Assembly (NCBI RefSeq): GCF_964204645.1
Contig: NC_134029.1
Span: 14,564,950 to 14,628,949 of the forward strand
Direction of reading: 5' to 3'
Length of the DNA stretch: 64,000 nt
Origin: Tubulanus polymorphus
Taxonomy: Eukaryota; Animalia; Nemertea
Shown: positions 1 through 13,500 of the stretch, in pieces
Layout of the letters: the number at the start of each line of letters is the position of its first letter
Position numbering within the stretch: the stretch's first letter is position 1
The notes under the pieces: generated by a model
Database searches by the model: none
The model's input: the letters and a program-made list of their open reading frames with translations, nothing else
What the model was told of the DNA's origin: nothing
Program-made: the position numbers and the translations under genes

Positions 1-293
1 GGCTCAATATTACGTGTTCCTGTGTACGTGCGCGCGCAAGCGCGAGCGTGTGTGTGTGTGTGTGTGTGAGAGGGAGGAGGGAAAGTGGGAGATAATTCCT
101 AGATGGCGTCTTTTAACGGCTATTGTGAAATCATGAACGAGTTTGGGCGAACAATATTTAGCAATAACAAGTGAAACCGTAAATCGTGTTCGGGCAAGTC
201 ATTTTCTGACAATAAAAACGCGATGTAAATCCATAAATTAATCATTCTGCTCAGAGACTTTGAACAATCAACATCGATCTGTATCAACATACA

Positions 294-1171
294 TGATGGA
301 TTCGACTAGTGGACAAACTACCTTAGAAATATGTAGTACACCAAAGTCATCTACTCAATCTAGAAAAAGAAAACGCCCTTCGCACAAACTCGACTTTAGT
401 AAGTTTCTACTTAAAAAGAAAAAACTATCTTGTAGCTTAACGGTTCAACTCAATTCTATGAGCCATTTTCAAAAAAATCTACTATTGATATTGGACAGCC
501 ACTTGTCTATGGAAGCCAAGTTTCTACTTCTTTTCCGTATTTGAGATCGTAGTTTTTATAAAGACGCATACCGATATAGAATATTTTATTGTTTTATAGG
601 TTCAATCGTTAATGACAACGCAGTCGCGGGCCCGTCGAAAGTTCAACGGAATACCTGGAACAATGACCCCGAGCCTCATTATTTAGGATCGCTTGTATAT
701 GCCAGTGCTAAAACGTGGCAGGGGGGCAAAACGTATAGATTTGCGATCTTTCGAATGCTGTGAACGAAGAAAACAACTGTACCCCACTAAAAACGGTATT
801 AATTTGGATCTCCAAGAGTGGGTAGGCTACATATAGATTATTGTAAAGCCGATATCGAACACGAAATTGCGCGCGTTAAAGAAGACATCGATTACGTAGG
901 CGTGATGACCGTTGGTCGTTCGAACTTTATCAAAATATATAGATCTAGTCACGATCACCGTATTTACGTAGATATCCGAAAATACGATCTACAACTAACT
1001 AACATTAGAACAATGGAAAAAATTGAAAGACATTAATTTTACAGAAGATATATCCGAACTGGCTAATATGAGACCGTGCTGGTATGATTCGAGTCACTCG
1101 AATCAGGAATACAGGTGCCCGTACTGCGCAAAAGACACAAGCGGGTTAGAAAAGCACCTGAATACGGTATA
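294..1171 (+). pseudogene. Degenerate tandem PC4 (p15/Sub1-like ssDNA-binding) domain gene with Cys/His tail, probably Polinton-associated
   Basis: Manual translation across frameshifts: YLGSLVYASAKTWQG.KRIDLRSFE...LYPTKNGINLDLQEW (about 680-820), a second repeat IYVDIRKY...TLEQWKKLKDI (about 960-1035), then PCWYDSSHSNQEYRCPYC. These match the PC4 pattern IDIR...P.KKGI.L..EQW. Confidence 0.6.
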
Positions 1172-2030
1172 ATGATAACCCAAGTATAATTAAAGTAATT
1201 TAAAAGATTCCATCACAGATAATAACTAGATAATATTTATATAAAAGCTGATTAAAATGTGTAAAAATACATCAACCATTGTGAGGAATCGGTTAGAATT
1301 TATATACGTTGTTTGGCGTTAAACTCTCCGGTAGCAATAAGTATCCGAAATGACTAATCCAGGACTTCATTAAGATCCGCTCTGACCAAGAGAGGAGTTT
1401 CTATCTTTTACGAATTTTTATACGTAGCGACACATTCGTCATCTACCGGATTGTATAATTAAAAGCCATAACCCGTGTATATGTATAATACTTTTGGAAA
1501 AAAAAATTATGTTTTTTAGATGAACGAGTAAATAATAAACTTGCAATGTATATAATATTTCATATCTGTCTCATTTTATTCGGATTCACTCCATAATAAT
1601 CAAGCATTTTGTCGTTGGCCAGACCCCTTGATACAATATATCATCTATGAACGTAATTAAGTAATTGAGAAACAAATACCATTGACCCATTGTTAGCATC
1701 TGCCATCTGAAATATCTGGTCAGTACCCTCGATGATATGTGACGGAATATGCAGGATGAAAATTACGCAATTAAGTAATTGAGAAACAAAAACCATTGAC
1801 CCGTTGTTAGCATCTGCCGATTAAGTTATTTAGATCAGAGACACAACCGCGATGGGGGAAATTAAGTATGAGCAAACCAACTAAAGTATACCCATTTCGA
1901 GTTTGTTGATTGTTCTTATCACTGACGCGATTAAGCTGTTTTGAAAACCTAGACTAGCAACAGATGGTTTTCTACGGCGAGTTTATAGAAATATAATTTA
2001 GAAAACGACAAAATTCATATACATAATAGT

Positions 2031-2497
2031 TTATTGTAGAAGCTTAAAATATTTCACGATAAATTTTTCTTTTACAAAATAATCATTATCATTAGTTTTA
2101 TTTGACAATAGTTTCGTAATATCGCGTACATCGTTACCGTGACATAGGTGCAATAGTACAAATATTGCGTAATCACAGAAATACATCGGATAATACGTTT
2201 TGATACATCTTATTATTATATTTCCAATCTATACAATTTTCATCCAAGTATTTTTCTAACATTTTATCACAAGTTCCGGGTTGATGCCCGAACGAATCAA
2301 AAATAACCGATTCCGTATTCGTTTATATATACAGCTAGCCAATGTTCCCCCGATTCGTCGTAATTATCAGTGTTTACTATAAAACCCAGCGGGACGCTGG
2401 TTTATATCTGGTAGTCGATCGCATGGAAAAACGCCAAAGAAAGACGCTTTTAGATATTCCTCTAGTATAACTATTAACATATCGCAAGCGAATTCAT
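2031..2497 (-). pseudogene. Adenain-like (Polinton PRO) cysteine protease remnant
   Basis: Minus-strand translation across frameshifts: FFGVFPCDRLP..RPAGFIVNTDNYDESGEHWLAVYINEYG..FDSFGHQP...YNNKMYQNVLSDV, with the His (GEHW), Asp (FDSFG) and Gln motifs of the family. Not in the ORF track. Confidence 0.75.
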
Positions 2498-2529
2498 TAA
2501 CGTTACAATCTCATGGCTGAATCGAAAAA

Positions 2530-3190
2530 AACTATTACTTTACTTTACTTTTGCTTTATTTGACAAACTCTTGGTCTTAATACAAAGACAATTCGAGTGA
2601 TACAGTATACATAAAAATAAACACATTATATATAGGACGTACAATAGATAGATACATAATTACACATTTATTTTCATGTGAGCTATCAATTGAAAAGTTT
2701 CAAAATTCTACCAACAAAAATACACAGTTTACGGAGTTCGGCTACATCTTTAGTTTGCATTAATAATTTTTATTTGAAAATGTTGGGGGTTCGTATAAAA
2801 TCTCCTGTCTAGGTATAACTCCCTTCTATCATTTAAATATATATAGTTGAAAAGGTGATGAAATTCCCAATTCCATTATTACACAATTTACATATTCTTT
2901 CAGCACGCTCTACATTATTCCATCGGCCAGTTTCTATTGGGAGCTTATGGTTTGCAGTACGGAATTTAGTTAAATTAATTATGAGGTTACCTGAAAGATC
3001 AGAGACTAGATGGTTACGGGGCTTGACTCAATGCCACGCGCTTGGACACGTTCTAATGTTATGTATTGTATACAAAGTGTTGACAAGCTCAATTTATACA
3101 GCATTGTAGCCCTCCGGCATTTTCAAAGTTTTAGATGATTTATCAATAGAAATACTCTTATAATGCGCATCCTTGTGCATTAGTGTTTAA
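2530..3190 (-). mobile_element. 5'-truncated CR1/L2-group LINE 3' end
   Basis: Minus strand encodes LTKFRTANHKLPIETGRWNNVERAERICKLC (ORF2 C-terminus) and ends in AATAAA plus an (AAGTA)n-like tail at about 2535-2560. Confidence 0.75.
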
Positions 3191-3599
3191 GTGATTTTAG
3201 TGTTTTAGTGTCGAATATGTAAAACCGCTGTTTATTAGATTTCGAGTTGTAAGCATTTCCCGATAACTTACATTAATTATAATGCAGAATTCTTTATTTC
3301 CAGTTAACGAGGTTTAACAATTTTTCAGTTTAAAAAAAATATGATTTGGACTTTTTTAATAGGAAAATACTAACAGGTTTGATGAAAAAATAGAAAATGG
3401 GATTTCCGGTTTTATCATTTTTCAGTATATGGCGTTTTAGTAGGATGATGATTTTAAATTCTCAATAAACGCGGTATAACAATTTTTAGGTTTTTGAAAA
3501 ATATGGTTCCAAAGTTAAAAATGATAAAAAATGATACGATAAAAATGTATATAGCGAATATGGGCACAAATCTCAGATATTTCTGTGGCTCCGCAGTAA

Positions 3600-3927
3600 C
3601 TAAAAGCTGGACGTAGGTCGACCTTGTGACGCGATGCGATCCTCGCGTTGCATCGCAAGTTTCGGTGCAAGTCGGTTGCGATACGATTGTGAGCGACTGT
3701 GTGCGACTAGTTTCTGCCAGTCGCAAGAGCGCATAGGTCGGTTGTGACAGTCGTGTAGCGTCGCAGAAAGTAGAACTCCTTGTGACTGGCGTTGCTGACA
3801 GTCGCAACCCGTCGCAAGCGAGCGTAGGTCGATGAGTCGTTGCGACACAATCGTCGCTGGCGGTCGCAGTGAATGGCGTCGCAGTGAGTCACAAGCCGTA
3901 GCAAGGCCGACCTTCGCCCGGCTTAAG
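3600..3927. repeat. GTCGCA/TGCGAC-rich non-autonomous element fragment
   Basis: GC-rich island with dense TCGCA/TGCGA submotifs in both orientations; overlapping ORFs are low complexity. Confidence 0.45.
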
Positions 3928-4156
3928 TCATTAGAAATTAATGAAACACCAGTTTCATTTATGATGAAAAAACTCAAATGAAAAGTCTGGCTTATAAAGC
4001 TGTCTGCTCAGACGAAATTTTCAAAAAAATCTTCATTTTTGGCAATAAAATTGATAATTGTGATTGATCGTTGCAAGTCAGAACCAGTTAATCACTAATT
4101 AACATGCATTTTAATAAATCTGATTCCTCCTTTACAGTGAACTTAGCTTTTCCCTC

Positions 4157-5341
4157 GTAGAGGCTACTAGCCTATGTAGGCCTATGTATATGCGTAGGCC
4201 TAACATCCGGACAGATTGGTCGTAGGCCTATGGAATAACAACCCTCCTAAATATCGTATATTTTGTTTTGAAGTTCAATCCAATGAGCCCGTTACTAAAC
4301 GCAACAATTATACTGTGTTTGTTTGAGACAGTAAAGCTCGGTGCCGGTAGGCCTAAAGCCGCGTTAAACTCGATAAACACTTTAAGCGACACAGCGAACG
4401 ATCTCCTTTCCGCCACAGCGAACGCTTACTCCGAATGTCAAGTGTGAGTCCAGCATACGGAAAGGAGTGTGTTATATACTTGTATTTAGTAAATACCTTG
4501 TGCATTTGACAATGATCGGCATGTACTGTAGGAAATATAGAGTATTGATGGTATTGATATAGAGGTTGAAGCCCGCGGCCGAATAAAGTTACATATTCTT
4601 TTATTTTGATACCTCGTCGACATAACAGCTTTTCTCCGCTATATCTCTTCGGCGTGGTTCGTTTAGGCCTACGACTCCCCGGTACACTTATGATTTATCT
4701 TAGTAAATACACGGTTAATTTGATAAAGAAAAATAGGTATTGCTAAACTAACTGCATGACGCCCGCAGCCAAATCACTGGTAGTAATAAATTAATTTGTA
4801 CTCGATTTGATTCTCAGAATGAGGAGAAACTCGCAGCTGATTCCCGGAACGACGATGTAGTGACACACGTCGATTTGTCGATGTTTACGGCTCGACAGTG
4901 CTTTAAAAATCAAAAGTAGTAAATTTCCTGTGTATCAGTAATATAATTTGATTAGGAAAATGGGTTACTGTTAAAATTAGTTTTTAAAAACCGCGACAGA
5001 ATGTGCAATCTTTCGGTAATAAATTTGTTAATTTATGCTTGAATTGATAATCGATGTGACAAGAAACGTGCGGTAGATTTCGGAAAGACGACTTAGAAAA
5101 ACATGTCGGCTCTTTGAATGGGGCTCAATTTTCGATGTTTACGGCCCGACAGTGCTTTTGTAACGTTGATTCTTCAAAATTCGCATGGAGTATTTGTAGA
5201 TCGAACTGAGCTGAATGATATCAGACGGATTGTATCGGCAACAGCGGTAATGTAAAAAAGCCTATGTACTTTTGACAAAAAATGTGTGGAAAAAAATAAT
5301 AATAAATATAGCTGCAAAGCAGCGATGACGGGTTTTCTGTA
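4157..5341 (-). mobile_element. Dispersed repeat family B (Helentron/DINE-1-like non-autonomous element), copy 1
   Basis: Colinear with 16468-17690 and with 10335-10552. Confidence 0.75.
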
Positions 5342-5907
5342 AAGCCATTCAGAATGATGGGAATTGTAGTAAATTGAAATATCGATACATAGAATAAAAT
5401 GCATTGACAGATTCGAACCTAATATGCAACCACTGTGTAAACGTCAAATATGATTCAGCTTTGACACTGAACATACGCGGACGTACAATCACAAATATTA
5501 ATATATTTGACCAGGCATTTATTTTGGTATTCAAACATCATGATACTGTATTATCACCATCCTTAAAAATGGATCTGTCCTATTAAGAACTCATCTTAAG
5601 CACCTGCTGAGCCGATAGATTGAGTGAATTCACAGATAAGAACGTATTATGATTTAGAATAGATTCAAGAAGTTAATGTTTTTATTAAAATATTTGAATA
5701 AATACATATATTGTAGTGTAGATTCAATCAATAAATTATGAATTGATTTGGTCTGGGTTTCCGGCTGATGATTTTGGCTTTTATGGATTACAAATTCTAT
5801 AGTGATAAACAATTGATACCTGCAACATGTGTGTAAATCAAACCTATTCCACAAGTTGCGTGTGTTTCCTAATAAACGGGAGAGTCACTCTTGATCTGAG
5901 TTATTAG

Positions 5908-6482
5908 AACTAGGGGTCCAGGGACACCATGCCCACTTGGGAAGTGGTTCCAAATGCTCAACAATCTAACAATTCAGGTATCAAAGGTATAAAACATCCC
6001 TTTTCAAAGAATACCCATCACAAACTGCAATGAGAAATGGCAAACTGAGAATTCGGGCCAAAATTGACATTTTTGGACACTAAAAAAGGTCATAGGACGG
6101 CCATCTTGAGTCCGTATCCCAATTTTTGTTATGCTGATGGGCCCTGGGGGCATTCACATATATACGAAAGATCAAGGTAATTGATCAAAGCGTCTTCAAA
6201 ATTTCCCTCAAAAAGTTCAAAAATGTGTAAAAAGTGTTGATTTTGGCGAATAACAATGGCTGCCAGTCGGCCATCTTGATTCTGACAGCCAGTTTTAGGG
6301 CTGAAGATGTGTCTAGGGTAGATACATGTGTAACCCAAATATCAAGACATTACCTTGAAGCGTCTTCAAAACTTCCCAAAATAACTGGATTCCGTCTACG
6401 GACGGATGGACGGACGAAATGTGAACGCACGAAATGTGAACGCAATAGCCTGCTGGGACTAAAGTCCCAAGTGGGCTAAAAA
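5908..6482 (-). mobile_element. Dispersed repeat family A (Helentron/DINE-1-like), internally deleted copy
   Basis: 5' end TTTTTAGCCCACTTGGGACTTTAGTCCCAG hairpin, (GTCC)n microsatellite, 3' end GTGGGCATGGTGTCCCTGGACCCCTAGTT; same ends as copies at 42977, 43684, 48179 and 55966. Confidence 0.8.
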
Positions 6483-7726
6483 TGTTTCTAAATTAAAAGA
6501 ATAAACTATATATGAAGTTAGAGCCGCTACGATAAGAGTGAGAGGAAAAATGACGCGGTATGTCCGGCGCCGTACACAACACAATAAGTTGACGCACTGA
6601 GGATCGCGGGAAACCGATATCGAGTAAGCCAATTGCAATAGCCCGCTGGGACTTAAGTCCCAAGTGGGCTAAAAATAATGTTCATTTAGTTATAGAAATT
6701 CATTGCCTTTTTGGAGTTTCTGTAATAATATTTGTTCTGCCCTAATTTTTATTACTGTATGAACCAATGATATGCTTTGTAAATATGATGTAATAAAATA
6801 AACTTGAATTAAATTTGAACATGAGAATCAAGCATAACTTGTGTTTTTTCAACTTGTCTTACTTGTCTTTTGTTAACAGTTCCAGAGTTTCAATTACAAT
6901 CAAATCCAAATTGGCTAAAAAGTACATAGGACTAAATGAAATGAACCGTTAGTTACTGCAAACCTATTGCAGTGTTATGTCGATCGTGTTGAATCACTTT
7001 CCTTGAGTTAAAAGAATCAGATCTTCTATGGTACAACATCGGTCGAAGAGAGATATCTTGGTGTTGACGGTCCTTGACCATCTAACTTCATGCGTTTGAC
7101 ATTGGAATCAGCATCATACCCATTTGAACTGCAAAATATTCATACAACATGAAAACCTACAGTACATGTATACAGTAATCAAACTTTCACCGATGTTGGA
7201 TATTTGAATGAACATTAGGTTTATTTCAGTATTCTAAATCAGGAAATAATAAGCCCAATCAATAGGCTCTATTCCCATTGGAACAATTGTATAATGCGTA
7301 CAGCTGTACCGTACACTTATCAGTCAAGAATGGAGAAATCGGTATACCAAACCTACGAACAGCAAAATGTACAGGCCTACAATGATTTCTGGTATACAAG
7401 CCGTGACCACATGAACGTTTTGGTTTGACTAATAATGTCAGCGGGTCAGAGAAGGCCTGGCAAAACTTAATCACATGGCTCAAATCAATTAGCCTTTCTG
7501 CTTGTGAATATTTCACTGTATTGTTTTAAAAATAGGCCTATCGAGTGAATTAGTACATAGACTGAATTAGACTTTAGGCTAGTCCTGACCAAATCCTATC
7601 CATGTTATAATGGTACCAGTTAGGCCCTATAGTAACATCACTGGAGGGCCGACAAGAGGGAAAAAGTTGTGTTTGTAGTACATAGGCATGGTAGGCTTGT
7701 TATACTCACATGATACTTAAAACGCT

Positions 7727-8171
7727 GTTGTTACCTGTACGTGACTGTACGGTGATTTCTACAGGTTAGCCGTATGTGAGTACGTTGAGGCTCAGACTTG
7801 CAATATTGGGATTCGAAACCAAACGAAAAAAAAATCCAGTTGAAGTCCGGTGATCTACCCACTGTGCCACAGAACGTAACTGCAGGGTGGATGAAATTTG
7901 ATTTACAAATAGCCTAGCCTCACCTAACCCAAACTGTATTCTTTCACGCATGCGCGTTTGCAGATTATAGGCCTAGGAACTCACGTACGGCGTTTTTAGG
8001 GAACTCACGAACGGTTAACCTGTGGATATCACCGTACAGTCACATACGGGTAACAACTTCGTATATACTTAAAATGGTATTGGCTACTAGGAACTCACGT
8101 ACGGCGTTAGTAGGGAACTCACGTACGGTTAACCTGTGGAGATCACCGTACAGTCACATACGGGTAACAAC
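7727..8171. mobile_element. MITE-like element with duplicated right arm and a tRNA-like insert
   Basis: GTTGTTACCTGTACGTGACTGTACGGTGAT (about 7727) is inverted relative to ATCACCGTACAGTCACATACGGGTAACAAC, present twice (about 8028 and 8142). Confidence 0.55.
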
Positions 8172-8747
8172 TATGTACTTAAATGCTATTGGGTACTATA
8201 TAATAGGCCTATATATATAGACAAATAAATACCGGTAGGTAGGCTTTCTTGCTTAGCTTCCACACTTCACAACCAACTGACCAACCAGTATATTTATTCC
8301 CAGTTCGCACCAACCGGCACAGGCCTAACACTGTTTGTCAACTGTGTGTACCGTAGTAGGCTATCGATAATCACCTGATACTTTTCTGTCGTTTGTTTTC
8401 TCTCTGAGTCGAACGTCATTCTGCAAAAGGTAGAAAGTTTCTTTTGTCCAATGTCGTATAGCGCCGCCGCGGTCGAAAATCTGTCAAGTCGATAATTTTC
8501 TAAGTGAGAAGACGCCGCGTTCAGTTCGCGGTACACTGTACGTACAGTTTTTCGATACACTGCTGTTCAACAAATTTGTTTTTAAGTTGAAGTTCACAGC
8601 GCGCTATTCAGTTTTCAGAAGTAGAGGGCTAAAATAACATCATTCGTAAGATCTCAGATTGAATATTTTCATCAGATTCAGAGCTCAGTTCATTGTATAA
8701 AATGTGTTATTTCATGTATTAGACAGTTACTTCTATTACTCTGACAG

Positions 8748-9099
8748 CAGAGGCGGATCCAGACCGTATTAGCCGTATTGCCCAATACGGTCTAGAATTT
8801 TTAAGTGCCCTTCGAAATTTCACCGGCAATATTTTTAAAGGCATTATTTCAGCAACCGCTAATTCCGTGTCCGGGTCGTTTATTCTGGATTGCTCTGCTA
8901 GTCTCTAGAAGCCCTCTAAAAGCCTGTAAATGGTACCATATTTTAAAAATTTTCTGGGGAGGGCCCCCATACCCCCTTCGAAGAACGTCGCACCTTCAGC
9001 ACTCGCATTGACCTGGGTACTGGGTGTGCCCTAAGATCAGAAAGGTGCCCTTAAATTTCCTTCCAATACTGTCTACTCATCCCCCTGGATCCGCCCCTG
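8748..9099. mobile_element. MITE with CAGRGGCGGATCCAG terminal inverted repeats
   Basis: CAGAGGCGGATCCAG ... CTGGATCCGCCCCTG, flanked by a GACAG direct repeat. Confidence 0.8.
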
Positions 9100-10334
9100 G
9101 ACAGGAGTTTTTATGTCATAATTTTTTTTCCCTCATGTGTAACTCAATTATAGCAGAGTTATCAATTATTAATTTATAAATAAATTAGTATTATTAATTT
9201 AATTATTGGATTGATTATTATTAAGAGATATGACATTATAAACATATAATGCACAGATATGGATGTTATATATAATGCAAAGATATGGATGTTATAATGA
9301 TAATGTATTTCTACTCGCATAGAAATAAGACTAAAGTTTTCCTGTTTGGATATTCTAAAAGCCTATAAGTCCTTTGCCAAGGATATGAATGGTTTGTCAT
9401 GATATTATGTTAACTAAATTCATTTGTTGGTTGAACGATTTCAATTAATATCGCAATATTTAGCATTCGTGATATAATTAATATGATAGAGATATGGCCA
9501 TTTGTCTATTGTTTATGTTAGCAAAAGATTGCATTTGATATAGAAGGCTTTAATGTTTTGATGTATGGTTGAGATTTTCAAAATAAATGTTATGCTTACA
9601 TGAGATAATTGGAACTAGATGTTTTATTTCATTTTTATCAAGTAAGCTGAATTTAATTCATACCGCCGTTACAGTACCATAAAATTCACACAAAATCTTT
9701 AGCGTCATTGGAATAGGACGTCCCCTGTTTCACATCCGGCAGGTGTGTTGACGGTGGGTAAGTTTAATAAGGTACACCAAATCTATTAAAACGATCGCTA
9801 TTTTAAAATCAAATCATCCCGAAGAAATTGGGGATTCGAACCTATCGGATATATACTGGTACTCGGCGTCTTTCCACTTAACAAAACATCGTCAATAAAC
9901 ATTAGTTCTTATTATTGCTAAGTAGCGGCGCTACCGGTACTGTCGATCGGACATTAGAAACTTTCTACCTTTTGCCGTAATTCTAGTAGCCCTCCGCGAC
10001 TCAACGACCTTGATTTAAACTTGATCAATTCAAAATCTGTTTATTGACGCTTTTGGTTACATGAACTGTCAGCAATATACTTAAATGAAATAACCGGAAT
10101 AACAAGAAATCAAAAATATTAAAGAGGTAACAAACAAATTCGCGTAAACCTGTCAGACACGCGAACGCCGGACTCGTAAACTCTTGGACTCGGACCCGCT
10201 GAGCAATAAATTCATAAAATTGACTTTGAAATTGATTGTGGAGAAGAGAGGGAATTATTCGATAGCTCTTCCTCGAAAAGAAGAGAGAAATATCGGTAAG
10301 AAAACACAATATGGCTACTAATTGAACGGAGCCA

Positions 10335-10552
10335 AATTTCCGATGTTTACGGCTCGACAGTGCCTTTATAACGTGGATTTATCAACATTCCCATGCAGTA
10401 TCTGGAGATTGAAGTGAGCTGAAGGATATCATACGGATTGTATCGGCGACAGCGGTAAAGTAAGGAAGCCTTTACACTTTTAACAAAAACTGTGTGGAAA
10501 AGGGAGAAAAAAAAATAAATATAGCTGCAAAGCAGCGATAACGGGTTTTCTG
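10335..10552 (-). mobile_element. Family B fragment
   Basis: Matches 5128-5340. Confidence 0.7.
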
Positions 10553-13500
10553 AGCAGGCGTGCTATTCATAGTTTGAAAAGTGGATAATAGAAATATATC
10601 AATACGGGATACGCATTTGACGTGTCAAGTCACACCAATGCGGTTTAACATAACATAATTTATAGTTATAGTCAAATTGGGGGTTACTCGGGTCGTTTAG
10701 TTGTCTGCGGAGTCGAGTAGATTGGTTACCCGTCTGTAACATTGGTTACGGAAACGACTCGTCAGCTTGATGAGTTGTATGTATTATGATTGTGCGCCAC
10801 CTGCATCTTCCGAAATAATGTTCATATAATTATTTGAAGGGAGGATTGAAATCAATTATCAACGTACATCTGAATATGTAATAGTCCTTAGTAACTTTCT
10901 GTTGCAGAGGGCAAAGAAAAGATTTTGAAATTATTTAATTAAAATATAAATTTTATTTACGAAAACTATTATGGTCAGTACAAATTGAAAATTCATAGTG
11001 TATTTTTAAGAACAAGCTTACATAGCTTACAGAATACATCACGTACATTTGAATTTTATAAGTGATGGGTAAAAATCAACGTGTGACAGAAAAAAATGTA
11101 GTTAATTATTTAACGATATCGAAATACGTGCTCTCTTTTTAAATTAATGGAGTGATACGCAATTAATCACATGGCCTGTATTAAAAGATAGAACATACAA
11201 GTTGGATATTTATAAGTCAAAACATGTGAACAGAAACTAAAACTTTGATTTCAGTGACCAGTATCGAATTACACAACGACAATTGGCTTTAAACTCAACA
11301 AACATTATTAAAGAATGTTTCAAACAAAATGCTTTATATAACGACATGAATAAACTTGTTTTACAAAACAAGAAAGTACATTTTGAACTTATGAATGGTC
11401 GAATCCCATTTATTCACAGTAACCTGTGATGTGGCGATCCTCGGAGCCATCATTCTTGATGACGTCACTAACAAGTGGTCACGGCCGTCGCGTGCACTCA
11501 TTTCTTTGAAAATCTAGCTTCCTCGCGGAGCGGGACCTGGTGGCGCTGCGCCCCGCCCCCTTCGCGCTGAGAAATATCTTATTTCCAGTCAGCAAAGACA
11601 GGTTCTAAGGATCATAGATAGAGTGGAGGGTTTCCGATCCAATTTGAGTTGGTGCGGTGGCGCTCTCAATGCGGAAGTTTTTGTGAATTTTTCAGTCGGC
11701 GACGGACGTTTATCGTTGTAAGTGATGTAATATGTAAAAAAATGCAGGGAAACCTATCTCAATTTGTTTTTAGCGATGCAGCGGAACTAATAAGGAATAT
11801 TTTGATATATAACAATAACATTAGTCATTACTATAGTACACTATCCCTGATGGAATAATAAGCTCCACTCGACAAACTCGTTCCCGTGCATTTTTATCTC
11901 TCTGTTTCACACACACAGCCCCTCTAGGCCTACCATCAATGCCTAACCCCTGTTCGACCAACTGTGGGCGTTTTCCTTTGAAACATAAGCCTAATTGTAA
12001 AAGATAAGCATTAATCTATGTTAATGCTGCATCTTTATCATGAAACCTAAGAAAGATTATTCTATTATTTAGGCCTATTCAAATTTTCTGTCCACTACCA
12101 CGTGGAAATAAGACCCAGTCAAAATTGTGCATCACGCTTTGACGAAGAAATTGGTTCTAGGCTATAAATTTTACATCTTTTCCTCAACAAAGCCGCTTTT
12201 AGTTTGATGCAAAATGAAATTTGCTTTTAAAATGTGTAACTAGGCCTAATCAAAAGGATATTTCAAAAGCAAACTTTGCCGGGCCAAGAGCCATATTGAA
12301 TTCAATTTCTTCCGAACCATTATGCCTCTTTCATCATAACATTATTTATCCTATTTCAAGATCTTAGGCCTACAAGTAGAGAGAGGGCCTACGTTGGGTT
12401 CAAATCGGAATTTTAAGATTTATTTCATTTAATTCCAGGTTTTCACTGTAGATTATCAAAGACATGTGGCGTTTTGGGAGTTCATAGTTGTTTGATAATC
12501 CATCATTTGTAAGTGTAAGGCTATTTGAGGGATTCGAAACCGACATTTTGTAAATTTTGTAGCTTTATTACGTTTAATTCCAGATGTTTATTATGACACG
12601 TTTCATTTTGGAGGTTTGTCAGCGAGTTGGTATGCTGTCGGCAGAAGTAGTTTGATAATTCGTTTCATGTAAGTAAACAGCTATTTGAAGGATTCGAAAC
12701 CGAAATCTGTATTGTGAATTTTTTAGTTGTATTTTGTTTGATTCTAGGTGAATAGGACATGATTCATTTTGGGAGTTTGTCCGCGAGTTTGTATACTGTC
12801 AAATGAAGTTTCTTCGTCAATTTGTCGTATGTAAGTATCAATCTATAGGTTATATAGGCCCTATTAGGGGTTCGATACAGAAATTTGGTGTATTCATCAG
12901 ATTTATTTTAATTTATTCCAGGTTGTTATCAGAAAAATATGTACTTTATTTCATAGGTTGGTCTTTGATTGAAAACTAAAAATGGATGATAGTTCTAAAT
13001 TTGATGTTGATTCACATGACCAATCTAGTAAGTATGGCTCACTCGTCTTTTAGAATAAGAGACCTATTGCATTAATCCTTCAATTCAAGTTGCTATACAA
13101 CCTTTTATACAGATATTTACCTTATCAATATAAACATGTATTTGCCATTAGCCATACAATTCAGTAAAACTGTTCCCGTCCAGATTTTGAAACATCATTT
13201 GACTCAATTTTTCCTCCTAGAAAATTGCTTTAGCTCATTCCAATGTTCGCAGTAAAAGTGAATGTAGCATGTATGATTCCCATCCATCAATTTTGTCTTG
13301 TTTCGTATTTTTAGCGAAAATCTCGAAAAAGTCTGACGTCGAGGCAGGTGGTGGCCAGACAAACACATATTCTTGGGAAATATTTAAAGACGCATGGCAA
13401 ACACACTTATTGTTCAATTTTTTCCTATCCTTATTTTGAAATTGAAGTATTGTAATAAACTATTGATTTATTTTTGTTGATCAACGCAACTAGTTGTTGT

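Noticed and set aside
7023-7129. Possible minus-strand host terminal exon (TTTTGCAG acceptor; SNGYDADSNVKRMKLDGQGPSTPRYL...*)
   Set aside because: Short, no recognisable homology, no partner exons identified.
11455-11570. CpG-rich patch with TGACGTCA and GC box as a host promoter
   Set aside because: No downstream gene evident; such motifs are common in repeats here.
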